From the NCBI GenBank assembly GCA_003695265.1, contig RFII01000043.1, positions 1 through 52,954 of the forward strand: a stretch of DNA of 52,954 nucleotides, given 5' to 3'. A program made the position numbers and the translations under genes. The stretch comes from Candidatus Woesearchaeota archaeon (GTDB lineage Archaea > Nanobdellota > Nanobdellia > Woesearchaeales > J072). Below are positions 16,947-27,343 of this stretch, piece by piece (position 1 is the first letter of the stretch; every line of letters begins with the position of its first letter). The notes beneath the pieces were generated by a model. It worked only from the letters and a program-made list of their open reading frames with translations, did not search any database and was not told where the DNA came from.

Positions 16947-17764
16947 AGCAAATCACCCCGCACATACTCAACAGCATTCCTGAAAATTTTTAATCCGAGA
17001 CCCTCTTCTGGCAAGTTTCCTTCAACTTTTTGCCTTGTCCAGCAAGGATGGTTTTGAGGGCTCCAGTAAGCCTCTGGATGAGGCATAAGCCCAAAAACCC
17101 TTCCTGAAGGATCACATATACCTGCTATTGCATCTATTGAGCCGTTAGGATTGTACGGGTAAGTCATTGTTGGTTTCCTAAAATTTTTATCTGCGTACTG
17201 CAGAACGATCTGTCCTTGCTCACGCAGCCTTTGTAAGACAACATTGTCAAGAGTCAAAAACTTGCCTTCGCCGTGCCTTACTGGCAATTGCAATCTTTCA
17301 ACACTTTTAGTGAAAACACAAGGAGTGTTTTGGTTAACCAAAAGGTTGACCCAGCGGTCTTCAAACCTTCCGGAATCATTATAAGTAAGGGTTACTAATT
17401 GAGTGTAAGGCTGCCAGGCAAAATCGCCGCTCAGACAAGGAAGAATGCCCATTTTTACCAATACTTGAAAGCCGTTGCAAATCCCAATGAGCAGTTTTCC
17501 GCTGCCAACAAAAGCTCTTGTCTGCTCGCCAAGTTTATAGGCAATCCTGTTTGCCAACACTTTCCCAGCTGAGATATCATCGCCAAATGAGAATCCTCCA
17601 GGTATTGCTAATATGTGGAACTCATCAAGGCTTCGCCTTCCTTCAATTAAGTCAGTGATATGAACCCTTTCGGCATTTGCGCCTGCTTTTCCTAACGCAA
17701 ACTTGGTTTCATAATCGCAGTTTATTCCAAATCCGTAAAGCACGCATGCTTTTACTTCTTTCAT
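16943..17764 (-). CDS. purQ: FGAM synthase glutamine amidotransferase subunit
   Basis: Class I GATase with GICNGFQVL (Cys), HGEG and HPE motifs. ATGA-type overlap with purN. Confidence 0.9.
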   Translation of the reverse strand: MKEVKACVLYGFGINCDYETKFALGKAGANAERVHITDLIEGRRSLDEFHILAIPGGFSFGDDISAGKVLANRIAYKLGEQTRAFVGSGKLLIGICNGFQVLVKMGILPCLSGDFAWQPYTQLVTLTYNDSGRFEDRWVNLLVNQNTPCVFTKSVERLQLPVRHGEGKFLTLDNVVLQRLREQGQIVLQYADKNFRKPTMTYPYNPNGSIDAIAGICDPSGRVFGLMPHPEAYWSPQNHPCWTRQKVEGNLPEEGLGLKIFRNAVEYVRGDLL

Positions 17765-17765
17765 T

Positions 17766-20762
17766 TTATGTTCCGAACGGTTCTTGCCATGCTTGTTTTA
17801 AGCTGATTATATCTTCTTCAATTATTGTCCTTCCATGCACACTCTTAATTTTCAACACGGGTTTTTTTGTGATGTACCCGACACAACCATAGTCTACTTT
17901 TCCCATTACTCTCTCAAAATCCTCCTTTTTTTCTTTTGGCACAGTAACAACAAACCTGCTGGCAGATTCTGAGAACAGGATTCTCGCATTTCCAAAAACA
18001 CTTTCAGTAGGAACTTTATCCAAATCAACAACCATTCCAAGGCCTCCTGCAAATGATGTTTGAGCCAAAGCTACTGCCAAGCCTCCTTTGTAACAACCAT
18101 GTATTGAGTGGACTAACCCCATTTGAACAGCTTCAGACATGCAATTGTAAATTGTTTTTGCTTTCTCAGCATCAACTTTTGGAACATTAGACCCTACCTC
18201 ACCTATCATGTCATAAATTTCTGATCCTCCAAGCTCGTTTTTTGTCAGGCCAACAACATAAACTAAATCCCCTTGCTTCTTCGCATCCATTGTAACGCAT
18301 TTAGTAACATCATCAATTTTTCCAACAGCCGAGAACTGTATTGTTGGCAGGGCAGAAACCCTTTGCTTATTTCCTTGCTTATCTTTGACTAATGCATCCA
18401 TTGACATACTGTCCTTTCCTGAGACGCAAGGCGTTCCAAAAGCTAAGGTGTAATCATACAAAGCCTGGTTTGCCCTGACAAGTTGGGCCAGCTTGTATTC
18501 CGCATCAGGATTATTTTCTCCTATCAAAGGGCTAGGCCAGCAGAAGTTGTCATTAACTGCGATTTGCTCCAAGCTTCCACCAACAGCGATTATTCTCCTA
18601 ATTGCTTCATCAAGAGCAAGAGCAGCCATGTGGTAAGTGTCAATCTTACCATAATGAGGGTTAATGCCGGAAGATATTGCTATACCTTCATCAGAGCCGA
18701 GCAAAGGCCTTATGACAACAGCATCGCTGTGCACGTCAGAATTTTTGCCTACCATCGGTTTTATAACGCTTGTTCCCTGCACTTCATGATCAAACTGCCT
18801 TGCCACGTACTCCCTGCTACAAATGTTTTCCCTTGCTAACATTTTTTTAATAGTTTCGCCGTAATTTTTAACAACAAATAATATTGGTTCAAACAAGCCG
18901 CGTTGCTCAGGAGTTTTCCAAACAGCTTTCAAATTCATTTGTGGAACGCCTTCATGAACAAAGCTCATGTCAAGATAAGCAACTGTTCTGTTTTTGTATA
19001 AAACATGAAATTTTCCTGAGCTGGTAAAATTACCAAGAACGCTTATTTCAACGCCGTGCTTTCTTGCAAGAGCAGTTAATTCATTAATCCTTTCTTGGCT
19101 AACTGCCAAGGTCATTCTTTCCTGCGACTCAGAAACAAGTATCTGCCATGGCTTCAAACCTTCATATTTCAGAGGTGCCCTGTCAAGATGCAGTTCCAAG
19201 CCTCCGCTCATCCTCGCCATTTCGCCAACGCTGCTGCTAAGACCTCCGGCACCGTTGTCAGTTATTGCCTTGTACAATCCAAGGTCTCTTGCCTCTAATA
19301 AGAAATCATGCATTTTTTTCTGAGTGAAAGGGTCTCCTATTTGAACATGCTCTGAAGAAATTTGATCGCTCATTTCCATTGATGACTGCGTTGCTCCGTG
19401 AATGCCATCTATACCAATTCTTCCGCCGCACATGACAATAAGGTCGCCCGCATCCGCCTTTTTTTCCCAACCGGGCTTGCCGTTCACCTCTGCTGGAATC
19501 AAACCAGCCGCAAGGACGTAGATAGCGGGCTTCCCTATAAAGCCGTCATCAAAGAACAGATGACCAAATGGTGTTGGGACTCCGCTTTTATTGCCACCGG
19601 CTTCAACACCCTTCCTGACACCTTCAAGAAGCCTAGCGGGATGTATGTCCGGGCTTAAAACGCCGTGATAGAAAGGACTTCCTGTGCAGAAAGCATAAGT
19701 TCCGTAAATTATCTTAGCTCCCATGCCGGTTCCCATTGGGTCGCGGTATACACCAACAATACCAGTTATTGCTCCCCCAAAAGGGTCCTTGGCTGACGGG
19801 CTGTTATGAGTTTCTCCCTTTAGGGCAAGAAGCCAGTCATCATTAAATTTTATAACTCCAGCATTATCCCAAAGCGTTGAAACGACCCAGTCAAGTTTTT
19901 CCTGCAACTTACTAGTTGATGATTTTATGTAAGTGTTAAACAGGCTGTCAATAACATCTGTGTTTCCTGAGCCATTATCATAGTTTATTCTGGCGTTGAA
20001 TATTTTGTGCTTGCAGTGCTCGCTCCACGTCTGACCGAGAAGCTCAATTTCGCAATCTGTTATTCTCTCATCAAGTCCAACTATTCTTCTTTGCTCAATG
20101 ACTCTTGGGTTGAGAAAGTAATCGCGTATAGTTTGCATTTCCTTAAGGTTTAATGCCACACTTCTTTGCCTGCTTAAGTTAAGCAATTCAACGTTTGAAA
20201 CGTTTAGGTTGATTCTTTCAACGCTAGGAGGATCTGTTATTCTTACGATGGGCAAAGGCATTTCAAAACCAGAATGGTAAGCTGCCTCATCAACAATCTG
20301 CCATTGCTCAATCATTTTGTTCCCCAAAAGCTCGGCTGCTATTCTTTCAGCATCAGACCTTGATAAATCTCCTTTTATTAGATATTGCTTTGAAGTAAAT
20401 ATTCCTTTATCAGGAGGAACAATGCTCCTGCCCAAAACATCTTCTACTGCTGTTTCCGCAGTCCTGCCTTCAGGATCAGCAACTCCAGGCTTTTTTCCTA
20501 TTTCAATCAACCATGAAAAATCATGTGCTATTGGATGGTCAACTGAACTAACTTGTATTATTGGGTCAAGTAAAACTTTATTAGCGATTTCTTCTAGGGT
20601 CGTACGAGGAACACTTTCATCAACCCCAATAATGTAAACCTTTATCGTCTTAACTGACTCAACCTTTTTTATTCCCAGCTCACCTTCTATTCTTCTCTTA
20701 ATGGCTTCGCCTTCAGCATCTGTTACGCCTTCCTTAAACCCGACTTCAATTCGGTGGCTCAT
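17766..20762 (-). CDS. purL: FGAM synthase PurL fused to two N-terminal PurS-like repeats
   Basis: About 998 aa from ATG 20762 (MSHRIEV). Two PurS-like modules (KEGVTDAEGEAI... and KPGVADPEGRTA...) precede the PurL AIR-synthase-like domains. 17-nt overlap with the purD stop. Confidence 0.9.
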   Translation of the reverse strand: MSHRIEVGFKEGVTDAEGEAIKRRIEGELGIKKVESVKTIKVYIIGVDESVPRTTLEEIANKVLLDPIIQVSSVDHPIAHDFSWLIEIGKKPGVADPEGRTAETAVEDVLGRSIVPPDKGIFTSKQYLIKGDLSRSDAERIAAELLGNKMIEQWQIVDEAAYHSGFEMPLPIVRITDPPSVERINLNVSNVELLNLSRQRSVALNLKEMQTIRDYFLNPRVIEQRRIVGLDERITDCEIELLGQTWSEHCKHKIFNARINYDNGSGNTDVIDSLFNTYIKSSTSKLQEKLDWVVSTLWDNAGVIKFNDDWLLALKGETHNSPSAKDPFGGAITGIVGVYRDPMGTGMGAKIIYGTYAFCTGSPFYHGVLSPDIHPARLLEGVRKGVEAGGNKSGVPTPFGHLFFDDGFIGKPAIYVLAAGLIPAEVNGKPGWEKKADAGDLIVMCGGRIGIDGIHGATQSSMEMSDQISSEHVQIGDPFTQKKMHDFLLEARDLGLYKAITDNGAGGLSSSVGEMARMSGGLELHLDRAPLKYEGLKPWQILVSESQERMTLAVSQERINELTALARKHGVEISVLGNFTSSGKFHVLYKNRTVAYLDMSFVHEGVPQMNLKAVWKTPEQRGLFEPILFVVKNYGETIKKMLARENICSREYVARQFDHEVQGTSVIKPMVGKNSDVHSDAVVIRPLLGSDEGIAISSGINPHYGKIDTYHMAALALDEAIRRIIAVGGSLEQIAVNDNFCWPSPLIGENNPDAEYKLAQLVRANQALYDYTLAFGTPCVSGKDSMSMDALVKDKQGNKQRVSALPTIQFSAVGKIDDVTKCVTMDAKKQGDLVYVVGLTKNELGGSEIYDMIGEVGSNVPKVDAEKAKTIYNCMSEAVQMGLVHSIHGCYKGGLAVALAQTSFAGGLGMVVDLDKVPTESVFGNARILFSESASRFVVTVPKEKKEDFERVMGKVDYGCVGYITKKPVLKIKSVHGRTIIEEDIISLKQAWQEPFGT

Positions 20763-22080
20763 GCTTAATTCCCTTTGCTCCGATATCTTTTCTGTAATGC
20801 ATTCCTTCAAAATAAACCCCTCCCTTATGAGGGCCGATTAATGAGTACGCCAAATTTCTTGCTGATGAAAGATTATCAGCTACAGCTGTCACGCTTAACA
20901 CTCTACCGCCTGAATTAATATAATAATCTTGGTCCATTTCAATTTCTGTTCCTGAATGAAATATGTGAACATTATCCCTTGCAAGATCAGGAAGAGTTAT
21001 TTTATTACCAGTATTAGCTTTGTAGTCTTTAGGGTATCCTTTTGTTGCCAAGACAACAGTAACTGCAGTTCTAGAATCCCACTCCAATCTTGCGTCTTCA
21101 AGGCTTCCTTGCGCTGCTTTGTAAAGAACAGTTGCCAAGTCTGATTTCAGCAAAGCCATTAGAGGCTGCGTTTCTGGGTCACCAAACCTGCAGTTAATCT
21201 CTAAAACTTTTGGGCCTTGTTCTGTTATCATCAAGCCAAAATACATTGCTCCAATATATGGAATTCCTTTCTCAGCCATTCCGGTTACAGTCGGCTCAAC
21301 GATTTCTTTAATTATTCTTACCTCAATTTCTGGTGTTATTAGCCTTGCCGGCGCAAAAGCGCCCATCCCACCAGTCATAGGCCCCTTATCATTGTCATAT
21401 GCTTGCTTGTGGTCTTGTGACGGCAGCAACTGAACAAAATTTTTTCCGTCACATAGAACAATGTATGAAGCTTCTTCTCCAATAAGCTTTTGCTCAAGCA
21501 GAATCCTGTCTCCTGCATCTCCATGAACCTTGTCAACCATTATTTCCTGAATCGCTTTTAGAGTGTCTTCCAGCGTGTCGCAAACCCTAACACCTTTACC
21601 AGCTGCCAGGCCGTCTGCTTTGACAACAACGCCATCCCATTCGTTATGACAATAATGTGCTCTTGATTTTGCTTCACTAGCATTAAAAAACTCTACGAAA
21701 CGCGGCTGAGGAATTCCTTGTGAATTCATGAAATGTCTTGCAAAAATCTTGCTTCCTTCAAGCTTCGCTGCTTCTTTGCTTGGGCCGAACAGATAATGCC
21801 CTTTCTCTTTCAATCCCTTCGCTTCCCACACATCGCCAATCCCTTCAACCAACGGTGCTTCTGGGCCGACAACAGTAAGGTCTATTCCTAAATCTTGAAC
21901 AGTTTCAACTATCGGCTCGAAATCAAGCACTCCAAAACCGTCAATGCCAACATAATTATTTATTTCAAACATTGCATCGCTCGATGGAATAGAACAAATC
22001 TTTTCTACCTCAGGGCTTTGAGCCAGCTTCCATACTAATGAGTGTTCTCTCCCGCCGTTTCCTAAAACCAAAACCCTCAT
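20746..22080 (-). CDS. purD: Phosphoribosylamine-glycine ligase
   Basis: MRVLVLGNGGREHSL N-terminus and ATP-grasp core typical of PurD. Confidence 0.95.
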   Translation of the reverse strand: MRVLVLGNGGREHSLVWKLAQSPEVEKICSIPSSDAMFEINNYVGIDGFGVLDFEPIVETVQDLGIDLTVVGPEAPLVEGIGDVWEAKGLKEKGHYLFGPSKEAAKLEGSKIFARHFMNSQGIPQPRFVEFFNASEAKSRAHYCHNEWDGVVVKADGLAAGKGVRVCDTLEDTLKAIQEIMVDKVHGDAGDRILLEQKLIGEEASYIVLCDGKNFVQLLPSQDHKQAYDNDKGPMTGGMGAFAPARLITPEIEVRIIKEIVEPTVTGMAEKGIPYIGAMYFGLMITEQGPKVLEINCRFGDPETQPLMALLKSDLATVLYKAAQGSLEDARLEWDSRTAVTVVLATKGYPKDYKANTGNKITLPDLARDNVHIFHSGTEIEMDQDYYINSGGRVLSVTAVADNLSSARNLAYSLIGPHKGGVYFEGMHYRKDIGAKGIKHEPPN

Positions 22081-23714
22081 TTTGCACCACCCAAATATCG
22101 TTCCCGCAGCTCTTCTGCGATTCTTCTCGTTTCTTCTATGGCAGTGCCTGTGTACCGCTGAATATCCCTAAGGTTGGCCCTGTCTTCCGGAGTGAATTTG
22201 TGCTTCCATAATAGATTTATATTCTCGTCCGCCAAAGCAACGTCTAATAAAGGAACACCTTCTTTTTTTGCTTTAACTGAAAGATTTCTCACATACTCGT
22301 GAGAATTCATAAAGCCATATGCTTTCAAGACAGCGTTTAGGCATTCAGCAATACTGTAGATTCCACTTTCTTTCAGATGCCTGTCCATGTTTGATTCATG
22401 AACTGAAAGCTTAGAAAATATTTTTATCATATTCTTGACTTGCTGATAAGCCATCAGAATCATGTGTGTAGGCTCAAACCTGTAAATCACGCTGTTTCTC
22501 AAGTCGCGCTGATGGTCTGTGTCGTTTAAGGAATAAACAGCTGTCTGCCCGCCTATGATTAACGGGACTAAGCCTGCTGTTTGCTCTGCTGTTATTGGGT
22601 TCTGCTTGTTCGGGTCGGCGCTTGAGCCTACTTGAGTGTCTGCAGCGTAATGCTCTCCGACCTCAGCTATTTCTGAGCGCTGCAAATGCCTCAAATCATT
22701 GCCAAGTTTTCCAAGAATTGTAGCAACATTAACAATTGTATTAGTCAAATCCGCCAAGCTTTCTTTTCCAGTAACTTGTGATGAGGCTTCGCATTGCCTA
22801 ATTCCAATGATGTCTTCCAAAACATATCTTTCAAATTCGATCGCTTCCTCATTGCCGCCGAGGATTCTTGCAATTGAGGCGCGGGTCCCGACAATACCAG
22901 CTATTTTTCCCTCAAGATTGTCTATTGCCTCACTTAGCTTATCAATCTGGGTTGCCAGCCTTCTTGCCTGTGTAACAATATAAAACCCGAAGCTTGTTGG
23001 AGAAGTCCACTGGCCGTGAGTCCTTCCAACCTGAATTCTGTCGGAGTACTCTTCTGCCTTATCAACCAGGAGGGTAAGAAGTTCTTTCATCTTTGGAACA
23101 AAGTAATCGTTGATCGCCTCTCTGAAAATCATTGCCTTTGCCGGTTCTATAATGTCATATGATGTTGTTCCCGGGTGAAGCCTTCTTGCAGTGTCTGCTG
23201 AAACCAATTCGCTAAGCTCCCTTATTACTGCGTTCTGGTCATGGTGCGTCACATTCCTTTCCAAATCATAAACCCTGTGGACGAGCATTCTCTCAACTGC
23301 CTCTTCAACTTCTTTAACGTGCGTCTCATCTGCCCTACCAAACCTTGCTAATCCCAGCATTAAAGCCCGGTGGATTATCCCGCAGCTTTTAACAAAGTTC
23401 CATTCAGAAAGAACAGGGGACAGCTCAGGATCATAATACCTATAATCCAATGGGCAAACATTTGTGTAAGGAAGCTCCAATGCCTCTACAATAATTTCTG
23501 TAAGCTGAGATGATATCTGTGGTGGTTCTTCATCAGCACGCAACTCCGGCTGCTTTTCAGCAATTCTTTTTTCATCTTCCCATTTCCTGAGCTTTTGCTG
23601 CACTGTTTTGAGCGACTCAAGCCTCGCAACTTTGTCTCTTAAATCAAGCAGTTTCTCAACTAAACCATCATAAGTGGGCGGATTCCTTTCCCAAAACCCT
23701 TGGACTCTTTTCAT
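22077..23714 (-). CDS. purB: Adenylosuccinate lyase with ~84-aa N-terminal coiled-coil extension
   Basis: Fumarate-lyase signature GSSADPNKQNP. The canonical core begins near CPLDYRY. Confidence 0.9.
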   Translation of the reverse strand: MKRVQGFWERNPPTYDGLVEKLLDLRDKVARLESLKTVQQKLRKWEDEKRIAEKQPELRADEEPPQISSQLTEIIVEALELPYTNVCPLDYRYYDPELSPVLSEWNFVKSCGIIHRALMLGLARFGRADETHVKEVEEAVERMLVHRVYDLERNVTHHDQNAVIRELSELVSADTARRLHPGTTSYDIIEPAKAMIFREAINDYFVPKMKELLTLLVDKAEEYSDRIQVGRTHGQWTSPTSFGFYIVTQARRLATQIDKLSEAIDNLEGKIAGIVGTRASIARILGGNEEAIEFERYVLEDIIGIRQCEASSQVTGKESLADLTNTIVNVATILGKLGNDLRHLQRSEIAEVGEHYAADTQVGSSADPNKQNPITAEQTAGLVPLIIGGQTAVYSLNDTDHQRDLRNSVIYRFEPTHMILMAYQQVKNMIKIFSKLSVHESNMDRHLKESGIYSIAECLNAVLKAYGFMNSHEYVRNLSVKAKKEGVPLLDVALADENINLLWKHKFTPEDRANLRDIQRYTGTAIEETRRIAEELRERYLGGAK

Positions 23715-24790
23715 TTTCTATAAGGCTTAATATCCTCCATTACTTGATCAAGAGGCCTGGCTTTGAAAAGCTGTCTCCCAATCCACAGGTTTGCCGCAGC
23801 AGCATACATTTCGCCAACCAATTCAGGAAGCCCATCCGGCAAGTGCCTTGGCTGCTTTGAAACTAATGACTTCCAGTCTGCAATGCTTTCTTTCTCTGCT
23901 CTCTTTTTAGCCTGCTCAACATCAGCAACCCATTCAGGATCATTTGCCTTGTACCACTGCCTGAGGAATTCCTTGCTTACCTGCTCGCCGTTAAAGAAGA
24001 ACCTGTTCTCATCCAATGTTCCAAAAACGTCAGCAACTACAGGCATATCAGCAAAAACGAATTCTAGTTTTCCATCATAATCAATAAGGCCCACTCTTTT
24101 GCCATGCTCACCAATAATCGTTGCTGCATCATTCCTTAATGATTCCAAAGCTGCGAAATCATCACGGAGCAAGCCGGATATTAGATAAGCATCAGAATCA
24201 GACAAAACCCTGTCTTTAGGCTCAAATTTTGTCGTGAAATCATATCCTCTTTTTGGGAAAAGGTCTCCTGGATTTGGCGGTTCTGTTAATCCAAATCTTC
24301 CAAGCAATGCCTCGAGCTCCTCATTCCCATCTTCACTTTTTTCTTGGAGCTCAGCAATTTTTCTAAATAAAGAGCTCCCTGCCGGAGCGCCGTTCCTGTA
24401 AATTACCTCTAGAGGAACAACAAAATTATTAAGCTTGCCCTTATGCTCAATGAAAAAGGAATAATCAAAATTTCCGCAACCTTTGTCTTTTGGTCTGAAA
24501 ACATTTGCAACCTTGACAGCCATCACATTAGTTGGCGCTGCTAATTCATCAATTGTGGTGCGAGTTCCGTTTGATACAATCCCAATGTAATGTGAAGGCA
24601 AGCGTTCTCTTCCAAGCATTTCAAAATTAAAAGCTCCCATCACGCAAAGAGCTGCTCCTTTCAAAGGAATATCATCTGGCATTTTGCCCCAATCAAAAAC
24701 AGAATAAGAATCACTAAATATCATTATACCATCTCCTAGTTTAGAAGGTGTTGGTTGCTCTTGAATTAAAAAGTTTTTAACGCTGCCCAT
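23711..24790 (-). CDS. purC: SAICAR synthetase (long form)
   Basis: SAICAR-synthase pattern including LIDYDGKLEF. 359 aa. ATGA-type overlap with purB. Confidence 0.85.
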   Translation of the reverse strand: MGSVKNFLIQEQPTPSKLGDGIMIFSDSYSVFDWGKMPDDIPLKGAALCVMGAFNFEMLGRERLPSHYIGIVSNGTRTTIDELAAPTNVMAVKVANVFRPKDKGCGNFDYSFFIEHKGKLNNFVVPLEVIYRNGAPAGSSLFRKIAELQEKSEDGNEELEALLGRFGLTEPPNPGDLFPKRGYDFTTKFEPKDRVLSDSDAYLISGLLRDDFAALESLRNDAATIIGEHGKRVGLIDYDGKLEFVFADMPVVADVFGTLDENRFFFNGEQVSKEFLRQWYKANDPEWVADVEQAKKRAEKESIADWKSLVSKQPRHLPDGLPELVGEMYAAAANLWIGRQLFKARPLDQVMEDIKPYRK

Positions 24791-24817
24791 ACACTCACCC
24801 GTTTATGCAATAATAAA

Positions 24818-26281
24818 TCATATGGCATGCCCTCTTGCTTTCGTGATTCTGTCAGCCATTCTTTGTTCGACAAATTCCCTGGCTGCAGAAACATCAGTTG
24901 GGTATTCGCCTGTAAGGCATGCCATGCAAACACCCACCCCATAAATCCTTTTATGGTCCTCAATCTTTTGGAAAAAAAGGCCGTCAACACCAATCCTTTC
25001 TGCTATTTGATCTATGCTAATATCTCCTCTCGCGATGAGCTCCTCTTCCACAGGAAAATCAATTCCATAAAAGCATGGAAACCTCCTTGGAGGGCTGTAA
25101 ACTGCCATGTAAACTTTTTTCGGGTTAAATGCCCTTATCATGCTAACGACTTTGCTTGAGGTTGTCCCACGGACAATGCTGTCCTCAACAAGAAGTATTT
25201 TTTTCCCCTCAATGAATTCCCTTATTGGAATGAGCTTTAGCTCCAAAGCCAGCTCGCGGTATTCCTGCAGTGGCATTATGAAAGTCCTGGTAGCATATTT
25301 GTCTCTTATAAGGCCGAATTCAAAAGGAACTCCTAGCTCGCGAGCAAGCTCCAGAGCCCCTATGTTGCTCGTGTCAGGAACAGGAAAGACGTAATCAAGG
25401 TCTAAGTGCCTCAGCTGCGGTGCTAAAGCCCTTGCAAGCTCTTTTCTCAGCAGGATGTTAGGCCTTCCATTAAAGTCTGATTCAGGCCTGGAAAAATAGG
25501 TTCCCTCAAACTCGCACAGAGCCTCTTCTCCCTGTCTTATTATTCTTGAATGAACGTTTCCATCAGTATCAGCAAAAACAGCTTCCCCATGCTTAAGCCA
25601 ATGTATGTTTTCATACCCTAACGCGTACAGCGCGCTCCTTTCTGATGCAAAAGCGTAGCTTTTTCTTGATCTTGTTTCCCTCTTTTCCCCCATCAACAAT
25701 GGTTTTATTCCGTTTGGGTCTCTGAACGCAAGTATTCCCTTATCGCCAATAAGTGCAACAACAGAATAGCTTCCAATGAGCTGGCTCATAATATCATCAA
25801 CCGACTGAAAAACCTTTTCAACAGTAAATCCGTCCCTGACGCGGCGGTCTAAACTGTGGGCAAAAAGATGCAATATTAATTCAATGTCACAGTCAGTGTT
25901 GCATTTATGAAGAAGTTTTGTTTCAATGTTTTCCCTCAACTGAAGATAATTAACAATGTTTCCATTATGACCCATTGCAATACCATATGGTGAATCTACG
26001 TAAAGAGGCTGTGCTATTCTTCCAGCACCAACAGTAGGATACCTAACATGACCTATTCCCATAAATCCTGTAAGATTTTCTAAGTCTCTATGTGTAAATG
26101 AGTTTTTGACCAATAATTCAGATTCGTCTTCACCAACGCTTCCTCTGTGAAAATGAAAATTCCTCCCGTTATAAGTTATCATTCCAGCCGCATCTTGACC
26201 GCGATCCTGCAGTTTTTGCATGCCGAGAAAAAGTTTGTACGAAAGACTGTCAGCTCCTATTATACCAATAATACCACACAT
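24818..26281 (-). CDS. purF: Amidophosphoribosyltransferase
   Basis: N-terminal MCGIIG (Ntn Cys) and PRTase motif LLVEDSIVRGTT. Confidence 0.95.
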   Translation of the reverse strand: MCGIIGIIGADSLSYKLFLGMQKLQDRGQDAAGMITYNGRNFHFHRGSVGEDESELLVKNSFTHRDLENLTGFMGIGHVRYPTVGAGRIAQPLYVDSPYGIAMGHNGNIVNYLQLRENIETKLLHKCNTDCDIELILHLFAHSLDRRVRDGFTVEKVFQSVDDIMSQLIGSYSVVALIGDKGILAFRDPNGIKPLLMGEKRETRSRKSYAFASERSALYALGYENIHWLKHGEAVFADTDGNVHSRIIRQGEEALCEFEGTYFSRPESDFNGRPNILLRKELARALAPQLRHLDLDYVFPVPDTSNIGALELARELGVPFEFGLIRDKYATRTFIMPLQEYRELALELKLIPIREFIEGKKILLVEDSIVRGTTSSKVVSMIRAFNPKKVYMAVYSPPRRFPCFYGIDFPVEEELIARGDISIDQIAERIGVDGLFFQKIEDHKRIYGVGVCMACLTGEYPTDVSAAREFVEQRMADRITKARGHAI

Positions 26282-26425
26282 ACATCCCCCTCAAAAATAC
26301 TTTTATAAGAATTATTTAAAAATATTTTTGTGCTCTTATTTATATTATTAATAGGTAAGATTATAAAGTATCTTTTGAACAACAACAATATTTAAAAGCA
26401 CGCGAACAATAATAACCTTTTTAAT

Positions 26426-27343
26426 ATGAATTTTAAAAACAAGGATATTATTTCTATTAAAGATTTTTCAAAAGAAGAAATAATTCATATCCTAGAAACA
26501 GCCAAAAAGATTGAGAGCAGAAAAGCAAAACCCTCATTGCGCGGCAAGATAATGGGCTCATTGTTCTTTGAGCCCTCAACAAGAACAAAGCTTTCTTTTG
26601 AGTCTGCCATGAAAAGATTAGGCGGAAGAGTAATCGGATTTGACAGCGCCGAAGCTTCGTCTGCAAAAAAAGGCGAAACAATCCATGACACAATAAAAAT
26701 GGTTGAAATATACGCGGATGTAATAGTTATCAGGCACCCATTAGAAGGCTCAGCAAGAGTCGCGGCAGAAGCAACTGAAAAGCCAGTGATTAATGCTGGA
26801 GACGGCGCTAATCAACATCCCACGCAGACTTTGCTTGACCTTTACTCAATAAAGAAAACTCAGGGCAGGCTAACAGGGCTGAATGTTGCTCTTGTAGGCG
26901 ACTTGAAGTATGGAAGAACAGTGCATAGCCTTTTAATGGCTCTTTCGCACTTCAACTGCAGAATATTCTTTGTCTCAACAGAGTCTTTGAGAATACCAAA
27001 AACATACCTTGATTTCCTTGCCTCAAAAAACATTTCTTACTCTGAGCATGAAAACCCGGAAGAGATAATTGATAAAGTTGACGTCCTTTACGCGACAAGA
27101 ATACAGAGGGAAAGGTTTCCCGACGAAGCAGAGTATGAAAAGGTTAAAAATGCTTATGTCATAAAAAGCTCAATGCTTTCAAACGTAAGGAAGAACTTGA
27201 AAATAATGCATCCCCTGCCAAGAGTGAACGAGATTGACATGAGCGTTGACAAAACTCCTTACGCTTATTATTTCAAACAAGCAGCTATGGGCATTCCAGT
27301 AAGGCAGGCCTTGCTCTGCTTAACATTAGGTGTGCTGAAATGA
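26426..27343 (+). CDS. pyrB: Aspartate carbamoyltransferase catalytic subunit
   Basis: FFEPSTRTKLSFE, QHPTQ and HPLPR motifs. Confidence 0.95.
   Translation: MNFKNKDIISIKDFSKEEIIHILETAKKIESRKAKPSLRGKIMGSLFFEPSTRTKLSFESAMKRLGGRVIGFDSAEASSAKKGETIHDTIKMVEIYADVIVIRHPLEGSARVAAEATEKPVINAGDGANQHPTQTLLDLYSIKKTQGRLTGLNVALVGDLKYGRTVHSLLMALSHFNCRIFFVSTESLRIPKTYLDFLASKNISYSEHENPEEIIDKVDVLYATRIQRERFPDEAEYEKVKNAYVIKSSMLSNVRKNLKIMHPLPRVNEIDMSVDKTPYAYYFKQAAMGIPVRQALLCLTLGVLK

Noticed and set aside
26282-26425. A/T palindromes (for example AAAAATATTTTT near 26330) in the purF/pyrB divergent region as a shared regulator site.
   Set aside because: The region is almost pure A/T, where such palindromes arise by chance. 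They are equally well explained as two back-to-back TATA/BRE elements.
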